Origin: a virus
Lineage: Duplodnaviria > Caudoviricetes
Length of the DNA stretch: 44,363 nucleotides
IMG/VR virus record: IMGVR_UViG_3300017589_000155
Location: 1 to 44,363 of that record
Reading direction: 5' to 3' (one strand)
The notes under the pieces are model-generated. The model searched no databases. It was given only the letters and a program-made list of their open reading frames with translations, and was not told where the DNA came from. Positions 37,260 through 44,363 of the stretch are shown here, in pieces. Position 1 is the first letter of the stretch, and every line of letters begins with the position of its first letter. The position numbers and the translations under genes were made by a program.

Positions 37260-38723
37260 ATGGCAAATATTATTTCATACCCGGATTCTCTCTCGCTCGT
37301 CTCGAATTTAAAGAAGTTCGAGGCGACCTCAGTAATTGATGTCCGGTTTAAACTTTATCAGGGAGCAAAGCTACTGGTGGATGAATCATTCTCCCCGGGG
37401 ACTGAGGGGAAAGTTGTGATTGATGTAAATGAGATCGTTAAAAACGAACTCAGTTTATCAATTCCAACCACAGACGTATTCCAGCAAACTGAGATAATAA
37501 AAGAGTTCACAGCTCATATAGATGGAACAATAAAAACTTTCAAGGCTATACGCTCGGGCGTTGAGAACCTTGGAACTTCGCCAGTGGTATTCCTTACCGG
37601 AAACTTTCTCACTTGGCAACCGCAAACAAAGTCAGTAAGCCAAAGCCAGCCCGAATGGCTCACATACTTCGCTCCCGTTAGTGGAAACTTGAAAGTAAAG
37701 TTTTATCTCAAAAATGGAGGCTCTTCAATAAAAATCCTTGCCGCAATAGCGGCCGATTCGTGCGTTTCAGTCAATGTGAACTTTGCTCGCATAATGAAAC
37801 TAGAAGCAAGTGAAAAATATGGGTACTACGATGTTTGGTTTGAGAGCATGACCGGGGAAAGGCTCACATACGAACAGCGATATTTATATAGAGAACCCCA
37901 GAGTTCGGACGAGTACTTTCTTTTAGAAAACTCTTTGGGGGGATTGGACACCGCTGTAATGAGTGGTGAGTCAGTATTCTCTCCTGAAATGGAACATACC
38001 GAGGGGCAATACAACGATGAGTCTGAACAGCTTGATGGTGCCATCTCTCGCCTGTACCAAAAGGGAACAGGCTGGAAAGCGAAAGGGGAAGCCGACTGGC
38101 TCTGGGACTTCTTTCGAGCTGCTAAAAAATACAAGGTTCACGAGGGAGTGATAAGAAAAATAACACTTAAGGAGAGTACGGTGGTGGACAGCTCCCACGA
38201 GGAAATGAAGTCTTATATATTCACCTACCGATTATCATCGGACAAAGGTTTACTGAATATCTCGCGTTCAACAGATTCTCTCCCTACCAACATCGAGATA
38301 ACCACACCTGCTGGTCTTTTTTTTTTAGCACCAAGACTCAATGACCTCCCTGACTTTTCGGAGGACATTGGTCTAATCCCAATTCAGTCACCATACCTAC
38401 AACAGTGGTACAAACTTAATCTGGGCTTCCTTAAGAAATCAATCCTTGATTCGGTAAGCAGTGCCGGAGGACCATATAATGACTACGTGCAAAAGTTAAT
38501 GCAAGTCCTTATCGTGGATGAAGTAAATAACACCCTCTTTTCAACAAAAACATTCTATTCAATGGGAAAGGTTTATGGCCTTGGCCTCGGCACGGACGAG
38601 GGGGCCAGCTTCATTTCTTTTGTAGTAAACGACAATATGGAGCTTGAAATGAGCATCCCTGAACAGCATACCGGGTATTCATTCACAATAGAGGATGGGA
38701 ACTTAATTTATAATATCCAATAA
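37260..38723 (+). CDS. Minor tail protein
   Basis: 487 aa with ENSLGGLDT motif; internal T10 tract at 38317-38326. Confidence 0.6.
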   Translation: MANIISYPDSLSLVSNLKKFEATSVIDVRFKLYQGAKLLVDESFSPGTEGKVVIDVNEIVKNELSLSIPTTDVFQQTEIIKEFTAHIDGTIKTFKAIRSGVENLGTSPVVFLTGNFLTWQPQTKSVSQSQPEWLTYFAPVSGNLKVKFYLKNGGSSIKILAAIAADSCVSVNVNFARIMKLEASEKYGYYDVWFESMTGERLTYEQRYLYREPQSSDEYFLLENSLGGLDTAVMSGESVFSPEMEHTEGQYNDESEQLDGAISRLYQKGTGWKAKGEADWLWDFFRAAKKYKVHEGVIRKITLKESTVVDSSHEEMKSYIFTYRLSSDKGLLNISRSTDSLPTNIEITTPAGLFFLAPRLNDLPDFSEDIGLIPIQSPYLQQWYKLNLGFLKKSILDSVSSAGGPYNDYVQKLMQVLIVDEVNNTLFSTKTFYSMGKVYGLGLGTDEGASFISFVVNDNMELEMSIPEQHTGYSFTIEDGNLIYNIQ

Positions 38724-38725
38724 CT

Positions 38726-40000
38726 ATGACAAAACAGATCCTTGGTAAAATAGCTATCACTCCTAAAGGAGAGTATAATCCTGTCACGCTTTATGAAAGA
38801 TTAGATGCCGTCACATTTAATGGTGCTGGTTTTATTGCCAAAATACCATCGCAGGGTGTACTTCCTACAAACACAAACAACTGGACAAAGTATGTGGAAA
38901 AAGGTGACACTGGACCACAAGGAACACCCGGCGACAAAGGATTAAAAGGAGATACAGGACTGCAGGGTGCAATTGGGCCACAGGGTCAGCAAGGTTTAAA
39001 AGGAGAAACCGGAATTCAAGGTATTCAGGGAATAAAAGGAGATACAGGAGCAACTGGAGCGCAAGGGTTTCAAGGAGAGAGAGGGCATGTTGGAGTACAG
39101 GGACCAGAGGGGCCACAAGGATTAATGGGTATTGGAGAAATGGGACCAATGGGCCAACAAGGATTAACCGGGGCTATGGGTAAAAGCGCGTATCAGGTTT
39201 GGTTAGACCTAGGGAATAGCGGAACAATGGTTACTTATTTAGAATCGCTAAAAGGCTTAAAGGGAGATACGGGAGCACAAGGAATTCAAGGCGTACAAGG
39301 AGTAAAGGGAGATACGGGATTAACAGGAGCACAAGGTATTCAGGGAATAAAAGGAGATACTGGAGATAGAGGGCTCCAAGGAATCCAAGGAGAAAGAGGG
39401 TACACAGGACTTGAGGGACCGGAGGGACCACAGGGTTTAATGGGTATCGGAGAAATGGGACCAATGGGCCAACAGGGTGCAACCGGGGAAATGGGTAAAA
39501 GCGCGTATCAGGTTTGGTTAGACCTTGGGAATAGCGGAACAATGGTTACTTATTTAGCATCACTAAAAGGCTTAAAGGGAGATACCGGAGCTCAGGGTGG
39601 TCAAGGTGTACAGGGCATAAAAGGAGATACAGGATTAACCGGAGCACAAGGTATTCAGGGAATAAAGGGAGATACTGGAGCGACAGGAGCACAAGGAGGA
39701 CAGGGAGTAAAAGGAGATACCGGAGCCACTGGAGCTGCATCAACAGTTGCCGGGCCACAAGGGATACAAGGGCCTCAGGGAATAAAGGGAAATACCGGAG
39801 CCACCGGAGCGCAAGGTGCACAAGGGCCAATTGGTAACACCGGAGCAACAGGCTCTCAAGGCGCACAAGGGCCAATTGGTAACACTGGAGCGACTGGTTC
39901 GCAAGGCGTACAAGGACCTGCAATTCCTCTTTGGACAGGCTCCCAAGCCTCTTATAATTCGATTTTAAAAGATGCTAACACGTTGTATTTTATTGTTTAA
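38726..40000 (+). CDS. Collagen-like tail fibre protein
   Basis: Long Gly-X-Y runs with two GKSAYQVW interruptions; 315-bp internal duplication. Confidence 0.88.
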   Translation: MTKQILGKIAITPKGEYNPVTLYERLDAVTFNGAGFIAKIPSQGVLPTNTNNWTKYVEKGDTGPQGTPGDKGLKGDTGLQGAIGPQGQQGLKGETGIQGIQGIKGDTGATGAQGFQGERGHVGVQGPEGPQGLMGIGEMGPMGQQGLTGAMGKSAYQVWLDLGNSGTMVTYLESLKGLKGDTGAQGIQGVQGVKGDTGLTGAQGIQGIKGDTGDRGLQGIQGERGYTGLEGPEGPQGLMGIGEMGPMGQQGATGEMGKSAYQVWLDLGNSGTMVTYLASLKGLKGDTGAQGGQGVQGIKGDTGLTGAQGIQGIKGDTGATGAQGGQGVKGDTGATGAASTVAGPQGIQGPQGIKGNTGATGAQGAQGPIGNTGATGSQGAQGPIGNTGATGSQGVQGPAIPLWTGSQASYNSILKDANTLYFIV

Positions 40001-40003
40001 GAG

Positions 40004-40876
40004 ATGCTAAAAATTGGTAATAACATAGTTCGGGCAGCATATAAGGGAACCACTAAAATAACGGTTATCTATAAAGGAGGAACCGCGATTTTTCCCGGTG
40101 TTGAGTATCCGATTGCAGGTACTGAATATGCCGCCTCTTGGACATATCCAAATTCATATACAAGAACTCGGGCTGCATATCCTTGGAGCCAGCAAGTTTA
40201 TCAAGACGGCACTCTGGGGAGTAAAGTTTATGGCACAACATATCAGGATACAGAAACCGCTGAAACAACGATTGAAAATAGTGGCCTATACTGGAATGGC
40301 TCGTGCGGCTCAAATTATTATTATGTCGACTACCAAAAGGTAAGGGCAAAATATACTTTTTACGACGGAGTTGTCAATTATGGAAGTTACTACAATGGTG
40401 ATTCAAGAAGCCGGAGGATAGACGGCTCATGTGGTTGGGTTCGGGTTTGGACAGGATGGGTAAATACCGGCAGTATTTGTAACGCAAACGGAACAGTTGG
40501 GCAATACTCATGTGATGGTACGTGGAGTATTACATATTACCAACAAATAAGACACTACCAGTATCCTGATGGTTCGAGCAGAACAGGAACGGAATACAGA
40601 GCCGGTTCGGAGTACAGCAGAGTGCAGACAGAGGGAAAATGTGGTTATACAGCTGCAGCACCTCGCAAGGCTTGGGATTATTACGGGTATGCTGATGGTT
40701 CTCCGGTTGATGCATTTTTTAATTGTTGGGATTATCCAATAGGTACGATTTATCAAGATGAAAGCTCGGGAATGTATTATACAGCAGAAACAGGCGAAAA
40801 CCTTGCGCCTTCGGGTTATTATGTGCTGCAAAAAGGCCCTGATGTTAATGATTCGATAATTTGTGAGGTGGAGTAA
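40004..40876 (+). CDS. Putative receptor-binding or fibre-tip protein
   Basis: Tyr/Gly/Thr/Cys-rich, follows the collagen fibre gene. Confidence 0.55.
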   Translation: MLKIGNNIVRAAYKGTTKITVIYKGGTAIFPGVEYPIAGTEYAASWTYPNSYTRTRAAYPWSQQVYQDGTLGSKVYGTTYQDTETAETTIENSGLYWNGSCGSNYYYVDYQKVRAKYTFYDGVVNYGSYYNGDSRSRRIDGSCGWVRVWTGWVNTGSICNANGTVGQYSCDGTWSITYYQQIRHYQYPDGSSRTGTEYRAGSEYSRVQTEGKCGYTAAAPRKAWDYYGYADGSPVDAFFNCWDYPIGTIYQDESSGMYYTAETGENLAPSGYYVLQKGPDVNDSIICEVE

Positions 40877-40898
40877 AAACAATTAAAAATGATGAAAT

Positions 40899-41483
40899 AT
40901 GAAATACATTCAAATTGACTTAAAATTTATTGAAACAAGCGAGCCAGTTGCTTTGGAGTTGTCCGGCAGCACGCTTGATGATTATTCCAACGGCAAGTAT
41001 GTTCTTTTAACAGAGATTCAAGAAGAGTTCCTAGAACAGAACCCAGCTTCAACTCCGGAAGAAGCTTTTAGAATGGTTACGGCTCCAACAGTCGAAGAAC
41101 TATTCATCAAAGGCAGAAGGGACAAATTAAAAGAGATATTTAATTATGACCGTTCACAGGCTGTGAACTCATTTTTTATAAATGGGAATAACACTTGGCT
41201 CAATAGAATAACAAGAGCATCTTTGGCTTTTACCATATCTGCTTATAGAGCCAAATCCATCCAATCAATAACGCTTTGGACCACCACCGCCGACCCTGTT
41301 CAAATCCTTCTGACAGTTGAACAATTAGAAACCTTGCTTGTGGAGCTGGAGATTTATGCAAAAAAGTGTTTTGACACAACCACCATTCATAAGGCAGCCA
41401 TCAATTCTTTTGAAACCACAGAGGAACTGGCCGCTTATGACCACACTCAGGGCTACCCGGAAATTTTAAGATTTACCTTTTAA
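40899..41483 (+). CDS. DUF4376-like tail fibre-associated protein
   Basis: YD.S.AVNSF.ING...WL...LE.YA..CFD.T..HKAAI...YD...GYP. Confidence 0.65.
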   Translation: MKYIQIDLKFIETSEPVALELSGSTLDDYSNGKYVLLTEIQEEFLEQNPASTPEEAFRMVTAPTVEELFIKGRRDKLKEIFNYDRSQAVNSFFINGNNTWLNRITRASLAFTISAYRAKSIQSITLWTTTADPVQILLTVEQLETLLVELEIYAKKCFDTTTIHKAAINSFETTEELAAYDHTQGYPEILRFTF

Positions 41484-41495
41484 GCAAATACTATC

Positions 41496-41972
41496 GTGAG
41501 ATTAGAAGACATTAATAAATATCTTTTTGGTGCGGCAGCCTCAGGTGGACTATTGCTCTTCTTACAGCCATTGTGGGCATACATATTTGTATGCTTTGTG
41601 GCAATAATAATCGACTGTTACAGCGCATGGAGACTCTCAGTGAGAATAAAGTCCAAGTACGGGAAAAGTAAAGGAAAATTTCAAAGCAACCACGCAAAGC
41701 GAATGGTTCGGACATTCGGGGAGATAGCAGGAGTACTATATCTGGTATTCATGATGGATAAGGTTATAATAACCATGGAACAGTTTTACACAACTAAGTT
41801 CGTAGCAGGGATATTCTGCACTCTGCAGATAATTTCCATACTGGAGAATGCATCATCAGAGAGTGACAGCAAATGGATGAAGCCCCTGCAAAAGATATTA
41901 ATCAACAAAGCAGAGCGCCACTTTGATGTGGACTTAAAGGGAGCAATAAACGAGGATGAAAAAGACAAGTAA
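41496..41972 (+). CDS. Holin
   Basis: Several transmembrane segments, D...W and ISILEN motif, charged C-terminus, upstream of the lysin. Confidence 0.8.
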   Translation: MRLEDINKYLFGAAASGGLLLFLQPLWAYIFVCFVAIIIDCYSAWRLSVRIKSKYGKSKGKFQSNHAKRMVRTFGEIAGVLYLVFMMDKVIITMEQFYTTKFVAGIFCTLQIISILENASSESDSKWMKPLQKILINKAERHFDVDLKGAINEDEKDK

Positions 41973-42390
41973 AAGAGTTTGTATTGGAGAGGTATCTTCC
42001 GGATACGGGAGAAGAACACATCCAATAACTAAGAAGCTCGAGAGCTTCCACAACGGAGTTGATATAGCCTGTCCAATCGGGACAGCAGTCCTCTCTCCTA
42101 CAAAGGCTAGAGTAATGTCAGTGTACGACCATGAGCTGGGAGGGCTCACTGTAATTCTAAAAGACCTGGCAAATAATGATAGGTACGGATTCTGCCATCT
42201 GCAGGAAGTTTTATTGCCCATCGGAGCGATAGTCAATAAAGCAGATTTATTTGCTAGGTCAGGGAATTCCGGGAGGAGCTCAGGCCCCCACCTCCATTAC
42301 TCATACGCAACAGGAGGGACATGGTTGCAGGATGTTTGTGTAGGATTTAAGTACCAAAACCCCATATCGAAAATTGAGATACATGAATAA
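41956..42390 (+). CDS. M23-family peptidase endolysin
   Basis: SSGYG.R.HP...HNGVDI...HL...SGNSGRSSGPHLHY. Confidence 0.88.
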   Translation: MKKTSKRVCIGEVSSGYGRRTHPITKKLESFHNGVDIACPIGTAVLSPTKARVMSVYDHELGGLTVILKDLANNDRYGFCHLQEVLLPIGAIVNKADLFARSGNSGRSSGPHLHYSYATGGTWLQDVCVGFKYQNPISKIEIHE

Positions 42391-42973
42391 ATATATCATT
42401 GGGCTGCTCTTTGCTTCATTGCTAGCTATCGGATTTCTTTCCCGGGCACTCAAACTGGCAAACGCCGAGAAAGCTCGAATAGAAATAAATCAAAGAATTC
42501 TGCTACAGGATTCGCTTCATAAGTACAAAGCGAAGAACAACCTCTTGGTATATTCAATCGAGCAGCTCGAGCTTACGCTCTCAGAAGTGAAAGCTAACCG
42601 AACAACGATTGTGAAAGAGCTTCACAATATGAAAATAAGGCCTAAGGATGCCATTGCCGTAGGAAAAACGACTACTGAGTCAGCCGTTTCCATTAAAGCT
42701 CCCATTAGGAATGAAACACGCATAGACTCGGGACGAGTTGTGAAAGTAAAAGAATTTAACTGGTCAGACACTTGGACCAGCATAAAGGGAAATATTGAAG
42801 AGGACAGCTTAACGCTTTACTACAATAGCCGGGACACACTGGTACAAGTAATTCATGTAGAAAAATACAAATTCCTTTTCATTCGCTGGGGAGTAAAGGC
42901 TATTCGGCAAAGCGTAACGCTTAAGAATCCCAATTCACATATCGTGAGCACTGAGTACATCAAGATCCGCTAA
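42383..42973 (+). CDS. Spanin-like membrane-anchored protein (DUF6549-like)
   Basis: N-terminal transmembrane helix plus coiled coil, following the endolysin; ATG at 42383. Confidence 0.55.
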   Translation: MNKYIIGLLFASLLAIGFLSRALKLANAEKARIEINQRILLQDSLHKYKAKNNLLVYSIEQLELTLSEVKANRTTIVKELHNMKIRPKDAIAVGKTTTESAVSIKAPIRNETRIDSGRVVKVKEFNWSDTWTSIKGNIEEDSLTLYYNSRDTLVQVIHVEKYKFLFIRWGVKAIRQSVTLKNPNSHIVSTEYIKIR

Positions 42974-44145
42974 AAAGCTGAACTGTGATGCCTCAATATT
43001 TCATTGGCCTCTTCAATATCTTTTGGAGTATACAAATCTGTCATAAGTAGTGAATGGTGCCTAGCTTGGTCTCTTACGCTCAACAAATCTTTACCACCTC
43101 TGATTAAATCAGTGATACCGGTATCTTTGAGAGAATAGAACTTATATTCCTTAGGAAAATTAAACTTAGGACGAATCTTTAGTGACCAGTAGTCTCTAAT
43201 CTGTTTATCAGAGTGCCACTCCTCATTTGGTTTGAAGTACTTACCAAAAAGATAATAACTGCTTGGATTTTTGAATATATCCAGCTCAATCATCAGCCTT
43301 ATTACTTTATCGGGTAGCGTAACAGTGCCATCTTTCCTGTTCTTAGAGTTCTTATCTGGGATGAAGATTGTACCTTTTTGAATTGAAATATGCTCCAGCT
43401 TGATATGGGACATCTCCTTTGGTCTGATAAAGCAATAGTAAAGGATGTAACAAGCCAAAAGGTAATGTTTATTATTTTCCTCGCAGTAGTCTTTAAGTTT
43501 GACCATGTGCTCAGGGCTGATTACTAGTCTCTCCTTTTTACCTTTTTTCTTACCAAAAGACTGTAATGTTGCAGTAGGGTCAACTTCTACATACTGTTTG
43601 CTCAGCAAAAACTTTGCAAATCCCTTTAACCAGATAATATAGTTATCTCTAGTGGTACCTGAATTGCCTTTGTCCAGCCATAGATAATCTAGGAACTCAC
43701 TCAGAAATTCACCGTTAATCTGATAAATATATTTCTTAGGATTCTTTGTGGATTTGTTGTACTCCATGAGAACATTGAGCATTGAGAGACTTCCTTTTAG
43801 GGTTTTTTCTCTTATATGGTCGTCTGCACAAAGCCTCTCCAGTTTCTTGCGATAAGAATCCGCTGCTGTTTCAATGGTTGCATAAGTATTTTCAGAAGTA
43901 CTGCACACCCACGGATTCCAGCCGTTGATTAACTCCGCATTAATCCTCGCAATAAGGTCGTTTGCATACTCCTTTCTTTTGCGCTTGGTATCGATATAAT
44001 TTACCTTGATTCGCTTCCTCTTCATTTTACCCGTTGAAGGGTTGAAAGCATGAAATGATACATACCAGTCAACTTTGCCTTGTGTGAGTTTGGCAGGCGT
44101 GTATGCCCTAAGACTATTAACAATTAGCGAAGAATGAAAAGACAT
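42970..44145 (-). CDS. int: Tyrosine integrase (391 aa)
   Basis: Catalytic residues in IRPKE, SKN, YSLKDT, ARHHS and TDLY. Real start is ATG 44145; the track ORF runs on through the tRNA. Confidence 0.92.
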   Translation of the reverse strand: MSFHSSLIVNSLRAYTPAKLTQGKVDWYVSFHAFNPSTGKMKRKRIKVNYIDTKRKRKEYANDLIARINAELINGWNPWVCSTSENTYATIETAADSYRKKLERLCADDHIREKTLKGSLSMLNVLMEYNKSTKNPKKYIYQINGEFLSEFLDYLWLDKGNSGTTRDNYIIWLKGFAKFLLSKQYVEVDPTATLQSFGKKKGKKERLVISPEHMVKLKDYCEENNKHYLLACYILYYCFIRPKEMSHIKLEHISIQKGTIFIPDKNSKNRKDGTVTLPDKVIRLMIELDIFKNPSSYYLFGKYFKPNEEWHSDKQIRDYWSLKIRPKFNFPKEYKFYSLKDTGITDLIRGGKDLLSVRDQARHHSLLMTDLYTPKDIEEANEILRHHSSAF

Positions 44146-44195
44146 TTTTTTTTTGAGCGTCGAAGTCTCAAAAAAATTATCAATCTGATTTGGTG

Positions 44196-44216
44196 GTGTC
44201 CCGTTTGTGTCCCGGC
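44196..44216. promoter_or_regulatory. Putative integrase arm-type sites, right
   Basis: GTGTCCCGTT and GTGTCCCGGC with 11-bp period. Confidence 0.55.
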
Positions 44217-44228
44217 TGTCTTTACGAC

Positions 44229-44269
44229 AAAGACCGTAAATGCCTGTGTTATTTGCATTTACGGTCTTT
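44229..44269. terminator. Phage-supplied hairpin after the reconstituted tRNA
   Basis: Perfect 15-bp stem AAAGACCGTAAATGC/GCATTTACGGTCTTT. Confidence 0.7.
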
Positions 44270-44273
44270 TTAG

Positions 44274-44346
<73 letters not shown>

Positions 44347-44363
44347 ATATATTTCTAATTTGG

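Noticed and set aside
38865-39946. Several minus-strand ORFs over the collagen gene
   Set aside because: Shadow frames of Gly-X-Y repeats with low-complexity Leu/Pro translations.
37260-41483. Diversity-generating retroelement or invertible tail-fibre shufflon
   Set aside because: No reverse transcriptase or second recombinase in the window, and I saw no TR/VR pair or inverted fibre cassettes by eye.

Overview
The window holds an apparently complete ~44 kb temperate siphovirus-like prophage of a probable Bacteroidota host, inferred from Bacteroidetes-type TAnnTTTG promoter boxes and AT-rich leaders without Shine-Dalgarno sites. It is integrated at the 3' end of an initiator tRNA-fMet gene (minus strand, 44274-44346) and bounded by a 21-bp direct repeat at 225-245 and 44267-44287. 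Gene order: CI-like repressor and Cro-like switch; primase-helicase fusion with an iteron-rich origin; S49 protease/scaffold, capsid, probable tail tube, PLD-like protein and terminase; a ~14.5 kb accessory island; portal, head-tail genes, tape measure, tail proteins, collagen-like fibre, holin, M23 endolysin, spanin-like protein; tyrosine integrase. The island has two parts. The AT-rich part looks like a defence cluster: TPR-FISUMP protein, Zn-ribbon plus 2TM pair, trypsin-like protease, FRG protein, HARE-HTH restriction-like nuclease, two complementary methyltransferases and a GIY-YIG/SF2 helicase. The second part is three single-gene units (ssb, an unannotated 59-aa ORF, radC/JAB). Each unit is preceded by a ~130-145 nt covarying hairpin with an invariant core AATCTCCAC-N8-GTAGTATT and closed by a terminator. 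The hairpins have the architecture of Frpo-like single-stranded-DNA promoters, which is unexpected in a dsDNA phage and is the most striking signal. A fixed-spacing late-promoter motif (GTCCTTT-N20-TAnTTTYG-like) recurs before structural operons. All product calls come from motifs and gene context read by eye; no database searches were run.
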